A stretch of DNA of 64,000 nucleotides from Gnetum montanum (lineage: Eukaryota > Plantae > Gnetophyta), in the NCBI GenBank assembly GCA_015680685.1, contig MNCI01000542.1, positions 499,889-563,888 on the forward strand, read 5' to 3'. Shown here one piece after another: positions 1 to 13,057 of the stretch. Numbering within the stretch: position 1 is the first letter of the stretch; each line of letters begins with the position of its first letter. The position numbers and the translations under genes were made by a program. Below the pieces are notes generated by a model. That model did not search any database, was not told where the DNA came from, and worked only from the letters and a program-made list of their open reading frames with translations.

Positions 1-843
1 TGTAGGCGTTCGATTGAGCAGTTGTGGCTGCAGATGTAGGCAAAAGAAAAGGTCGTCTCTGAGTTGTTAGTGGAACATGACGATCTGAAGGCTCAGTACG
101 AGTTCACCGCTGCCAGACTAAGTGGAGATCGCTCCTGGCGAAGATCCGAGGTTACGTACACAAGATATTGGAATCTATTGAATCGTCATGCGTCGCTAAC
201 TCAGAGAATGACAGAGCACAAAGCCCAAATTGATCTCTTGAACCTTAAATGTCAAGATTGGAAAGCTTTCGCTTCCAAGGTTCGTAAGTGGGGTCAGGAT
301 GAGAAAAATCACAAACATTACTACAAGAAGTCGTTAAAAGAGGTGTCTGTTGAAAAGCGCCAACTAGAGATGTTTGTGGAAGGTTTAGGTTTGCGTTCGA
401 CCTTCGATACTTTTGCTCAAAATACAACTGTGGAAATGGAGTCGCCTACAAGGGTGATCACTACTGCTTCTAGGGAAACATCGATGGGCAAGTTCCCTCT
501 GAAACACCCTACCTGGTCGGCTATCGACAAAGGAAAGACTTTGACAGACGTCGACTTGGGCCTTGATGGGACAGATTGAGCTAGTGTTTCAGAAGAGGAA
601 ATCCTTCGTCGGCTAGAATTCGGCTTAGGGGGATCTCCTATGGTAAGCGTTTTGTTCTTATGGATTTAATTTATCGAATAATGTTTAAAATTTTGACATT
701 CGCTTATTCTTATGTTGGTTGTTTGTTTTTGGTATTTTCAGGATGAAGGTGGCGATGATGCCCAAGAGGCTGGCCCCAGTGGAGCAGGGGCCCCTGACAC
801 TGGTGGATCCAAAGGGGACGACCCTCCCGCCCTGGATGTTTAG
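1..843 (+). pseudogene. 3' part of an intron-containing antisense accessory gene of the Ogre/Tat element (coiled-coil-like region plus acidic tail)
   Basis: Frame-1 ORF 64-579 continues past TGA 577-579 (ASVSEEEILRRLEFGLGGSPM) to donor GTAAGC at 643. U-rich 99-nt intron ends TTTTCAG at 741. In-frame last exon 742-843 (DEGGDDAQEAGPSG...LDV*). A further stop at 37-39. Confidence 0.7.
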
Positions 844-1149
844 TGTTTTAATTAGTAAGTTTTTGTTGTTTTGTTTTTGACTCAGATTTATACGGGAAGT
901 GTGACTTGAAAATTTTGAGATGGATGAAAATAGTTGAAACTTGTAATTGTACAACGTTGCATGTAAGAAAATTTTTGTTGATTTTGAACTTAATTGTAAA
1001 CATGACACGGCAATGTAAAATGTTTTGGCTTGTTTTTTAGTTTGATTACACACACAACACGATAATGTAAAATGTTTTCGAGTTTACTTTTCTGTTTAAA
1101 GCGTAATGTACCGAAGTAACCATACGTGAAAAGGAAAACAAAGTACGCA

Positions 1150-1470
1150 CTAGTTTAAGGCCATTCCGGGCCCCTATGCATAGTTTAAGGCCATTTCGAG
1201 CCCCATTGTAAACAAGCAATATTTTGGACAAATTGGATAAGTTTCTTGGTGGACCGACCATCTCTGATCATGGCTAGTTTTCTGTCATTGCGGACATGAT
1301 AGTTTAATGTCTTTCTGGACAAGGAGTGTTGTTTAAAAAAAAAATTTGTTTTTTCATTTATCGTAGTTTTGCGTCATTTTGGACGTGTTATAGTTTAACG
1401 TCATTTCGGACGACGTGTAGTTTAACGTCATTTTGGACTGCATGTAGTTTAACGTCGTTTCGGACGAGGT
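1150..1470. repeat. Short tandem repeats (TAGTTTAAGGCCATT x2; ~27-bp TAGTTTAACGTCATTTYGGAC x3-4) between convergent 3' ends
   Basis: Directly visible repeated units at 1151/1181 and ~1365-1470. Confidence 0.8.
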
Positions 1471-1518
1471 GCGATGATCTTATTTTAATTGTTTTTTGAT
1501 TCTTTTTATTTTTATGTC

Positions 1519-4500
1519 CTACAATGTATTAACTGGTATGATTCTGTATTCGGCGTCCCCTTCGCTGATCACGTTGAATGGTAATTCAGCCCAAGGGACG
1601 TCTGATGGAATGGCTTCTGTATCAGTATTTTCAGGTGTTTCAGTGTCTGTCATGCTTTCTGTATTTGTTTCTACATGAGGAGGTGTGTGTACAGTGTCAG
1701 GCGCAGGTGTTTCGATTTTAGGAGGTTTTTGTTCCGTGTTCAAAGGCTTACTGCCTACCGGTGGTTGCGGATTCTTGTCGTTTTGGCTAGGTTTTTCGAG
1801 CTCGACCTCCGAGCCCTAGTCCATGTCCATGTGTGACGAAATGATAGGAGTAGCTGCTTCCCCGTGTATGATGATTTCACCGCCCTCATAAGGCAGGTGA
1901 ATTTCTTGGTGTATAGGGGAGGAGACAACTCTAAGTTGGGCCAACCAGGGTCTTCCCAATATTAGGTTGAATCTTGGCATTTCATCGACCACTAGGAAGT
2001 CGGCAGATGTAGGGAACTGGTCTCCCGCTATGAAATCCAAGGTTATCGTGCCCTTTACCATTACGCGTGACCTGCTGAATGACTTTAAACATTTAGTTGC
2101 GGTTGGTTTAATTAACTCAGTAAGCCCCAATTGTTCAACGATGGGGTATGGTACAACGTTTGTTACGGCTCCATTGTCTACGTGGACCCTATGTATCTTG
2201 AACTGGTTTATTCGTATCGTTATGAACATGGGGGCTATTGTTATTTCCCCTGTTTTCTTNAAGCTTCACGATGCATTTGCGATGTTAGAACCAAGTCGTA
2301 CAAGCTTAGTGAAGTGTTCTTTTGCTTCAATGCTTGGGTGACTTATGTCAAGGCTATTGTGAAATCTCTGTTGTTGGGGATGTCTTTATCAACGGTGACT
2401 GGGTCCATTGGACCCAACAGTTTTATTTCACGTTTTGTTGATTTGTCATTCTTGTTTGGAACTGTTGTTTTAGGCGGTTCATGTTTTTCAGATGCTTCAC
2501 CTTCGTTGCCTACGTTCGGTTGGTTGTTGGGTGACGACATGGGCATGGAGTTAAGTGGAGTGGGCTTAGGTGGTCCCACAGCTAGTCGTTGGCGGTCCTT
2601 CTCCACACGCTCACATGTAAGCTTGTCTGCTAGGCATTCTCGTGTATGGCGTGGAGGTGGGGCTAGTCTTGGAGCCTGGGGTTGCCCTGGGACCCTTACC
2701 ACATATGGAGCTGGGTGGGGTTGCGATTGGGCAGTGTCGAGTGTTTGAGCCAAAGGCTGGCCAGGGACCCTAATGACGTAGGGGCTAGGTTTGCCTTGCG
2801 CTCGTGAGGCGGAAGTTTGATGATTGTTAGGATTTTCGGGTGTCCTAACCACGTACGGGGTTGGTTTTGATGGAGGTTGGACCTCCGTTGTTGCGACGGC
2901 AGGTGGTACTCGGACTACGAAAGGGGTAGGCCGAACATGAGGGGTTGGTGCATTTGAGGGAATGACCGGAGGGACACGCACCACGTATGGTTTTTCACGC
3001 GTCATGGTGTTGGATGTGGGTATGGCCGAGGGTACTCGGACGACGTATGGCTGCTGCGGGGTACGTGGTGATTGAGGCGTGGGCATGGACATAGCAGGAG
3101 GAATCTGAACTACGAATGGCCTACTAGGTGTTTCCTGTTTATACTCGGGGTAGACGGTGTTGATGCGGGGTGTCTCAGAATCATCATCAAAGTAGATTGT
3201 ATTGATGACGTACGACGCCTCTTTGGTGTTCAGGGGATCCTTATACATCCCCATAGCTTGATTTTGTGGTTGAACCAGGTTGGCCTCATCAAAAGTGATT
3301 TGGCCATCATCGATCATTCGCTGAATATCCTGCTTCAAAGTGAAACAGTAATCCGTACCGTGCCCGTTGCGTTGATGGTAGTCGCAAAAGCAATCCATTC
3401 TGAAACCTTTGGGTACGGGAGGCTCATCTGGCGTTGCTAAGCTTGGGTTCTGTACGAGTTGACAGAACCGGTCATGTCTCTGGATGGCCGCTGGGGATAG
3501 CAGTTTATGTTTCATTAGCCCAACCTTCAAGAGTTGATCGAAGAGCTGGGATGGCTTCATTGGTAGAGGCGTATATTGAGAGGGTTCTTTTCTCTCGAAA
3601 TTTCACGTATGGTTTGTTGGATTCTACTGTGATGATGATTCTTGCGCGGTTGTGGGGGTAGGTTTGTTATAGTTGGTAGGGGCTGCTGGTGGTTTGTTTG
3701 GCTGTTGCGTTCCCGCTATTGCCGCTATGGTTGCCTTAGCCTTTTCTTTATCTTTTTTAGTGTGTTGGTTTTTAAAGGCTAAGTATGCAGGGTCATGGCT
3801 GTTTTGGGCCGCCTCTTCTATGTTCTTAATTTGTACAAATGCTTGGTTAAGATCGTGCGCGTTAAGGTAGTATAGCTTGGATTTAAAGAAATCGTTAACA
3901 ACCCCTTTTAGAATAGTAAGCAGGTAGGTCTGAGAGATTGGCTCATGTAGTTCGTTGAGAGTGGCACTCCACCTCTGAATAAATTTCTATACAGGTTCAA
4001 GCGGCGCTTGCTTGACCTGTATGAGGCTGTCCAGCGTGGCCTCAGGTTTCAAATTATACTTGAACCTGGTCACAAACTGGTGTAGTAAGTCTTCCAAGGA
4101 GAAGATGGAATTCCTTGGCAGAGCCCGGTACCAATCAAGTGCTCTCCCCACGAGGGACATGGGGAACACTCGTAGAATAGCATGGGGCCATGCCTGGAGC
4201 AACACGCATTCAAATCTAAATGTTATTAAATGAGTGTTGGGGTCTGTCTCCCCGTTATATTTGGTTAGTGTTGGTAGGGAGATGCCTTTGGGTAAGGTTA
4301 AGGGTGGGACAGAAGAGCTAATGGGGTCATCGTGGTAGAAGTCCACTACCTTCAACTCCCCGTCGGTGGCTGTTTTGAGGCGTTTTACCTCGTCAATCAA
4401 TTCTTGCATCAGTTTTTTCGTGTCTGCCCAATCTTGGGCACTCGGTGAAGCAACGGGCTGGGGGTGTGGGGCCGCATACAAGTTAGACTGTTGGGTCGTG

Positions 4501-5528
4501 GGTTGAAAAGCCGAAAGCTGGGCGATCGGTGGTTGTGTTTGTGGAAAGTTTACAATGGGTGGCACTAGGGACGACACGTTATAAGAGAAAGGTTGTTGTT
4601 GCTACGATTGGGGCTGTACCTGGGGAATATTGGCTGGTGGAATCGTATGGGATGGCACATGAGGGTGAGAGGGTTGGTGTGACGGCACACCCATCGCTGG
4701 CCATTGACCAGCCACGTTGTGCGAAGGGACTCCTTGTTGGGTTACGGCCGTCAAGGAGCCTGCATGCGCTTGAATGTGCGGGATGTAATGAGCGGATGTA
4801 GATGCTGGTATCACATGTGGCATCCCTATCACTTAGGGTGGGAATGTCACTCCTACGCTAGCGTGAGGGGGCAGTGCTTGTGAGGACGAGCCCGCAGCTG
4901 CAACAGGGATGATTGTGAGAGGGAATGTGTTAGGTTGGGAGTCGCTCAGGGGAGGAATATGCACTAGCACTGATGTTTTCGATGGCAGTGCTTGAGCCTG
5001 AATGAACCTAAGATGCTGGAGGGGCAGGATCTCCCCTGTATCGGGATGAAAAATGGGGTTAACGTGCGCTTGCGGGCTAAGAGTGTGGTAGGAGTCCTCG
5101 TGCTCGGATTAAGCAGCGAAGTCATCCTCCTCTTCTAGTTGGGGCTCTAGCACGTGCTGATCCAACGTGCGGCTCCTTTGCAGGAGGAGCTGTGTGACGA
5201 GCTCCGAGTACTGCTCTGGAATTGGGATTACATCATACGGGGAAGGGGTGAACTCGTGTCCTCCCCTGTAAAAGAGTTCGAACTGCCTCTTTACTTCCAC
5301 TTTGGCGCGGTCAACAGCCAGGCCAGCTTGTATCTTAATACATATGAAATTATACTGATCCTAGGTGATAATGTTGGAGGCTGGATCTCTTCCCTGCAAC
5401 CTTAGGGACCGGCGGGGCCCCGCTGTAGGTTGTACTCCCGGGTATTATGCGATGGGCTGTTGGACAGCCATGGTGTCTATGATGTTAGTGATTTGAGTGG
5501 TGGTAGCGGTGGTGTTTGCAGGTTTCAT
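1519..5528 (-). pseudogene. gag: Ogre/Tat-type gag-protease polyprotein, interrupted by stops
   Basis: Capsid motif (KYNGETDPNTHL...FPMSLVGRALDWYRALP) in ORF 3987-4577. Zinc knuckle CDYHQRNGHGTDYC in ORF 2343-3560. Aspartic protease VDNGA...NLILGRPWL in ORF 1816-2229. In-frame tail to stop at 1519. Confidence 0.88.
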
Positions 5529-5619
5529 GATGATTGGTTTAGGATATGACACTAGGCGGAGGCATGAAATTAATGTACCGAGTACAGCATAAACTAGTTG
5601 GTAAAGTGCATATACGCTT

Positions 5620-7112
5620 CAACGATCAGCGTACAGCGTCAGCGTAGACAGCATACAAGGATGGAGCGTATAAACAGGATATAGGGTGCAGCATAAAGCA
5701 AGGCACAGCGTAAAACAATGCTCAACGTAAAACACTGTACAGCGTAAAACAATGCTTAGCGTGAGACACTGCACAGTGTAAAGCAAGGCACAGCGTAAAA
5801 CAATGCTCAACGTAAAACATTGCACAGCGTAAAACAAGGCACAGCGTAAAACAATGCAGCGTATGGTTTTCTGAGTAAGTTTTTAAGAGGGACAGCGTAA
5901 ACAATGAACAGCGTAGATGCTGGACAGTTTGCAGACTGGGTTTTCAGACCGGGCTGCGTAGATGCTGAGAGGGGTTTCAGCAGGAAGTGGGGTAGGCGCT
6001 CGATAGTGTAAACGTTGGGAAATTTACGGGTAAGGTTTTTAGGAGGCCCTCCTTCTAGCACCAATTTTTGTACCGCCTGAAATCGTCGGTCTCCGGCTGG
6101 AAGGAAACAGAGACCGTGGGATCGCAGGGCGAGCACAGAAGACCCTGCCTTCACCTGAGGGCGAGCTGGAATGCACGAAGGCAGAGTACCTTGGGTGGTC
6201 CACACGCAGATCAGACAAGGATTTCCCCGAACGTACACCGAAGTGCTATATGCCGGGTTATGTGTAAACAGCGTAGGAAGCGTAAACAAAGCGTAAACAG
6301 CATAAAACAAATGCGAACGGAGCATAAGCGTAAACGGGCGTAAACAGAACACGTACGCAAAATTGATGTAAAATGTAAACAATTTTATGCAGCAAATGTA
6401 ACAATGGTATTATAGGATGAGAATATAGTGCACCGGTCTAACGCAGTTATGGTGAAACACAAGGCGGACGAAAAGCCCTGGTGAATGCGAGGGTGGCCGG
6501 ACTGGTTCACACTGTAGGCACGGCGTAGAGACTGTGTGCACGGCATACAGGGTTTTCCAGCGTAAGAGGGTTTTAGCTCTGGTGCGCAGCGTAATTGCTC
6601 TTGGGTATGCTCTGGGATTTTTGCCAACCAACCTCAATGAAGTGGAAAATCGGGGCTTTTATACCGGTTGTTAGGCTAGACTCGGGTTGGGTGACACGTG
6701 GACGTTGACCGGGTGCAAAAGGGTNGATGTTGACCAGGTGCAAAAGGGCGTAAAATTTACAAGTGTACAATATATTACATCTGCTGGGCGTATACGCTGG
6801 ATGTGTTGGGCGTGTGTAAACTTGGGTGAAGATGCTGTGGACGCTGGGCGTATACGCTAATGGATGCTGGGCGTATACGCTGACGGTTGCCGACTTACTT
6901 CAATTCTTGCTCTTCGATGTTGTCTTCACTTTGTCTTTGGAGATTCTGTACTGGGCGTAAACATTGGCCGCACCTGCCGAGTGTACATGTGAGGTGTGTA
7001 CATCGGGCATGTGAGTTGGATGTCTACGTTGGGCGTATACGCTAGACGTGTACGCTGGGTGTATACGCTATGGATGTGAACTTGAGCGTAGACGCTGGGC
7101 GTATACGCTGAC
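5620..7112. repeat. GCGTA-core motif arrays in the element 5' leader (CACAGCGTAAAACAA and CTGGGCGTATACGCT)
   Basis: Clusters at ~5620-5915, ~6270-6350 and ~6780-7112. Confidence 0.85.
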
Positions 7113-7175
7113 ACTGCATACTTAGTGAAAATGAAGCATTTTGACCTCCCCAAAGTTGCAATGTGTGACACCAAA

Positions 7176-7824
7176 TGTAGCCGTAGTTGTCTGTGGGTCC
7201 CAGGGACCTGCTTCTTGCTGGAGAAGTACCAAGCTTGAAATTTTGTGGTGTTTCATGATCATTGTCTTCCCAAGCTTACTTGTAAGGCACAATTGTATGC
7301 TTAAGTAAACTTGAGGTCTATGATTTTTATGCTTTTTATGTTTTATGTTCTTGGTGCTTAAAATGGAGAAATGAAATAATTGAGTAACTAATGTGATTTA
7401 ACTAATTAACTATGCTTTAACTAGTCCTAACACCAGCATCCGTTCCCACTCTCCATACATAACTTGAACTAGTATAACACTATTAGGATTACCAAACGCT
7501 AGTCGTTACTAGGTTACCAAGTGTTCCCACATATGCTCGAAGTGGTCGTACTGAGTGTGCTAATTCATTGATAATTATGANGACTCCTACTGCGGACACT
7601 CAGAAATAATTCTAACTATGGAAAGGAAAAACTACAAGAGTTCGGCTAAGGGACTAAGAAACTAACTACGAAATCAAGTGCCCTTATCTCTTATTTATAG
7701 GTGACAAGACAAGTTTCGACATTGCATGCCCGATATCGCTTTGGCCACTCCGATATCACATACCCAATATCGAGGGCCCGATATCGCAAGTTCGATATTG
7801 AGGGTCCGAGATTGGGACTCATCA
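7176..7824 (-). repeat. 5' LTR of the Ogre/Tat-type element
   Basis: TG...CA ends, adjacent PBS, TATA (TATAAATA on - at ~7692-7699), CGATATCG array 7716-7815, interior homologous to the LTRs at 42171 and 55779. Confidence 0.85.
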
Positions 7825-8379
7825 CTCTTGTTAGCAATTCTGATGACTTTCTTACTCCAAGCTTCTAACTTTTTTACTCATTTGAAATAAGTGATTTTGG
7901 GATGTCCTTTAGTAGTAATGGAAAAATGAACTAAAAGAGTTCTCAGCTAATATATTAGTAGAAGCTCATTGTATGATTCATATGGCTAATCCATATGATT
8001 ACACATGTATAGAACAACTAATGATGTTCTTATAACCTTCCTCTGCTACAAAAACCTTTTGACATAGCCCACAACCTCTCATTCAAAAAAGTATAAGCCA
8101 ATCTTATTTATGTCATATTTTCTCATGGAGGCACTTGACTTTGTTCTCTTTACATTAATAGTTCCAAGAATATGGTGTCTATTATGTAGTATTACTTTGG
8201 TTGGACAGAAGCTTTTCTACCTGAATATAAAGTGCACTAATGTTTTAATAATTATTGCTACTATAATTTCCCAATCCTCATATGAATGATTGTCCTTAAT
8301 AAAAATAAGCACATCCTCATGTCATCTCTTTAGTTTCAATATTAATATGTACCACGATTCAACTAGATTCATTTTAGTA

Positions 8380-10570
8380 TTTGCATTCTTTACAATTTTC
8401 CCAATCTGATCTTGTAAGGGAATAAAGTGAACTATTCTAGTGTCATCACTCATATCATGATATGCATGATCAGAAAACATCTTAGTAAAGAAGAAGAAAC
8501 TTTGATGAGATGAATGCTCAAACAAGATCTTTGAAAATAAAAGATCTCATAACATGCATGATTAGGCAACTTAGATCAAATAATAGAAAATAATAAATGT
8601 AATAAATGCACAAATAGGATCTAAGAAAATAGAACAACATTGTAACATTCATGATTGGGAAACCTTTTAGTAAATAAAAAGAGACATTGATGGGATGAAT
8701 GTTCTAATAGTATCTTAGAAAAAAAAAGATTCAATAATATGCATGATCAAGAAACATATATTAAGTAACTAGAAATAATGAACTCTATGAATAGTCACAT
8801 AGATGTGAGAAAATAGAACTACATCATAATACTTACTACCGAGAAACATATTATCAAATAAAAGAAAGAATGGACCTGTGACAACATAACAATTCTATAA
8901 CATGCACAATAGAGCAACCTTTTAGTAAATAAAAAGGAATGTTGATGTAATGAATATTTAGATAGGATCTTATAAAATAAAAGATTTTATAACATGCACA
9001 ATCGGGCAACCTACATAGGTAACAAGAAAGAATGGACTCTATGAAAGTCCACATAGGGTCTAATAAAACAGAACTACATCATAATGTTCCTAATTGGGAA
9101 ACATGTTAGTAAATAATAGGAAATGATGGACTCGTGACAATAGAATGATTTTATAACATGCACGATGAGGCAATATTTTAGTAAATAAAAAGAAATGTTG
9201 AGATGATTGATATTCATACAAGATCTTAGAAAACAAGATATTTCTTAACATGCATGATCGTGCAACCTATATTAAGCAACCAAAAATAATGAACTCTATG
9301 AGAGTCTAGAAAAGATATAATACAACATCACTAGATTCATAATGTGAATGACTAAGTAACTAATTAGAAGATAAAATGAAAGGATGGACCTAAGACAATA
9401 GACAAAACAATTTTATAACATGAACTATTAGGAAAACTATATTAAGTAACCTAAAGAGATGGATGCATATAAAGTTCAAACACAATATGATACAACAAAA
9501 ATATTTAAAGAGAAACAGGAAAACTTGTTAAAGAGAAAGGATGGACCTAATACAACATAACTATTTTATAACATTCACAATCAAGAAACATGTTAGTAAA
9601 TAACATGAAACGATGATTTGATGAATGTCTATACAAGATCTTAAAAAACAAAAGATCTTAGAACATGCACAATTGAGCAACCTACATTAAGTAACCAGAA
9701 ACAATGGATTGTATGAATGTTCAAAAATGAATGACTAGTAACCAATTAGGAGATAAAATAAAGGATGAACCTAAGACAATAGAACAATTTCATAACATGT
9801 GCAATCAGAAAAATTATATTAACCAAAAATGATTGAATCTATGAAAGTCCAGAAATGATATGATATAACAATACTAGTTTCATAATGCGAATGAACCAAT
9901 TAGAAGATAAAATAAAAAGATGGACCGACGACAATACAATGATTTTATAACATGCATAATTGGGCAACCTACATTAAATAACATGAAATAGTTGCGATAA
10001 AAGTCCAAATATGATATGATATAACAAAACTATTTTATAACATGCACAATCAAGCATCTCATTAGGAAATAAAATGAAACAATGATGTGATGCATGTTCA
10101 AATAGGATCACTGAAAACAAAAGATTTTATAACATGCACAATCAAGAAACTTATATTAAATAACACGAAAAAATAGATATGATAAAGGTCCAAACATGAT
10201 ACAATACAACATAATGAGTTTCATAGCATGCATGATAGGGAAACCTATTAAAGAGAAAGGATGTATCTATGACAACAAAACTATTTCATAACATGCATGA
10301 TCAAGAAACCTATTAGAAAATAAAACAAAATGGTGATACAATGGATGTTAAAACAAGATCATTGAAAGCAAAATATTTTATGACATGCATGATTGAGCAA
10401 CCTACATTAAGTAACATGAATAAATGGATGTGATGAAGGTCCAAACATGATATAATACAACATAACTAGCTTCATAACATGCATGATAGGGAAACCATAT
10501 AAATGGAAAAGATGGACCTACAACAACAGAACTATTTCATAACATGCATGATTGGGTAACTTACATTAAA
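8380..10570. repeat. Degenerate AT-rich tandem array with ATAACATGCA core and ~250-bp higher-order period
   Basis: AACATGC cores at ~10038, 10131, 10226, 10290, 10383, 10476, 10541 (spacings ~93/95/64). Confidence 0.8.
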
Positions 10571-13057
10571 CAACTAACATGACCAAGAATCCTAAAGGAA
10601 ATTTCTTCTTCATTGATGTTTCCATGTTGTGCATCTTATATATATCAATAACCTCAAAAACAAAATACTTTTTTGAGGTTTCTCATCCTTGCAACTATTA
10701 AATTACTGATTTAAAGTGATAATAGTATTAAGAAAATGATCTTTTTTAAGTGTTTCTTAGTCGAGCAATCCTCAATATAGTTTATTCATTCTAATTATGA
10801 TGGAAGAAAATTTAAACTAGGAGAGATTTTAATATCTAATGTAATTTATAGGATCCTATTTAAAATATTTGATATATTTGGTCAATCACTCTTTAAATTT
10901 ATGAAAATTATCAAAACTCTTACTATTGGATATCAAACTATATGTGGAGGTTACTCGTCTGTTCATCCTACAAATATCATTACATCACTTTTTTATCATG
11001 ATTCTATACTAGAATTCACTTTTGGTTTATTTTTTGAGGTTGCTCAACCAAGCAACCTTTAGGATAGCTTGGTCATTATGTTTATGAACTACAAAAATTA
11101 AACCAAAAAGAAAAATTCACAGAAAATTTATAATGTAAGTTCCTATAGGTAAGTGTAGAGATATTTGGATGATCATGAATTGCATCATTGTGCTTTTTGA
11201 ATGGATTGCTAGATCAAGAAACCCTCAATATAGCCTATTCAACATGTTTGATATAAATATAAATTGAAACAAGCATATAATTTTAATGAAAACTTATTTT
11301 AGAGTTTCCTGGAGAAAATAGTAAACATATTTTTAAGTAAAAAATAACATGAGCAATAAATGCTATTTATACAATTAAAAACAAATGTAAAGCTTTAAAC
11401 GTGTGAACTTGGAAAGTCAAGAAAACAAATCTTTTAGAGAATCATTTATCTTAATGTGCATGCATAATTTGGGCACTAAGTCTTAGTACAGAAAATTGGA
11501 AGGCCATTGAAAAGGTATGAAAGATATTTTCACTTGACGAATTAAAGGTGAAAGTTCAAACACCTTATTCCATGTTTTAGAAGCAAAAGCTATTTGTTAA
11601 TTTATTGCTTATACTTTAAAAACTAGCCAAAACAAAACAAATCAAATTTTCTAAAACAATTATTGATGACACAAAAGAGCTACGATAGTATTTTTAAGGG
11701 ATACAATGGTCAAAAAGTTGAGATATCTCATTTAAAAAGATACAAAGTAATCCAAAGCACATTTATAAGTTGGTTTGGCAACAAGTTCTAACAAAGTGGA
11801 AGGCAAGAAAAAATTTTATTTGCAATGCACAAGAGATAATATGTTAAACTTAAAAGGTCACTATCTATCAATTGTACTTCTCATGAGATGTATTTTCATT
11901 AGCACTTTATTTTAGTTCACATCATTTTAGAATAGAAAGTGGAAAATCGATGCAAGTTCCTATGAAAAAAAATTTGTGTATAGGCTAAATATTTCAAACA
12001 AAAATATAATTTTGGAGTAAACTTTCTGTAAAATCTTTTCTTGTTAAATCCAGTAATAGTTAGCCACTTTGGTAAGTCGATATTTGATTTTCATAATGCA
12101 AGTGTAATGTGTCCAATAAATGCTTTGGGTCTTCGAACTTCAATTGTAGCAAAACCTCAACTTCAATTTTAAAATATTTTTATTTAAACAACAAATTCAT
12201 AGGATTAATTCCTTATGAACAAGAACAAGATGTGTGGATCCTACATAGAACAGCTTATTTTATGATGTGCTTTTTTAACAGAAGCATCAAATGAATATAC
12301 AGCTAACTACCTATTTATTTATAATGCATATCTAGAATTTGGTGAAGCTACCATCATTTGGAATGATGGCTACAGATTAGACTTTCACAAGCTTGCTTGG
12401 GCATCAAGTTTCTGGGTGATGACCCTTTTATCTAAAATTTAATGAAAAGTATATTTTTCTTTATTCAAAAACCAAAGCCCCATAATTTATTCTTCTTACC
12501 AAGAGAAACAAGATTTGTACATCCAGAACTTTTACAACCTACGGATGAGTAACTGGATTTCTGCATCCTTTCATAGTATTCTTGAATTATAGAAAAAGGA
12601 ACCAATTAGGCTGAGAAGGTAAACTTCTTTATAGTACAGAGTCCAAACATCTTTGACTCAGACCAATAATTCTATCATCTTTCTGCGAATCATTCGAATT
12701 AAGCTGTGGATGATAGAATATATAATTTTCAACAATAGTTTAGATAAAATTTATCCGAAAATCCTTTCCTCTGTAGATATATCAGTTAAATGAAGTCGAG
12801 CAACATTAAAAATTACTTTATAGCATCAATTTTAATTGATGAGACGGGTAATGATATACCAAACAATATGGATCATTTTGCACTATCTTTTCACAACGTA
12901 GCTGATCATGATACTAATGAAGTTTAACATAAAAATCGATTATGTTTTAATTTAATAACGTCAACACAGTCAGCAGATACTAATCCTTAGTGTCTAAGCT
13001 GGCAATATTCTTACTAGTTAAGAATAACAACTTATGCTACTTTCAGGTTCTCAAAGT

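Larger units (their letters stand above)
1..7824 (-). mobile_element. Non-autonomous Ty3/gypsy LTR retrotransposon, Ogre/Tat-type (gag-protease only, 3' part runs off the window)
   Basis: 5' LTR 7176-7824 (element-sense TGATGAG...GGCTACA), PBS-like TGGTGTCAC ending at 7173, gag and protease motifs of the Ogre/Tat type, no RT/RH/INT between 1519 and the antisense gene. Confidence 0.85.

Noticed and set aside
5619-6382. Cys/Leu-rich - strand ORFs
   Set aside because: Translations of the GCGTA motif arrays; low complexity
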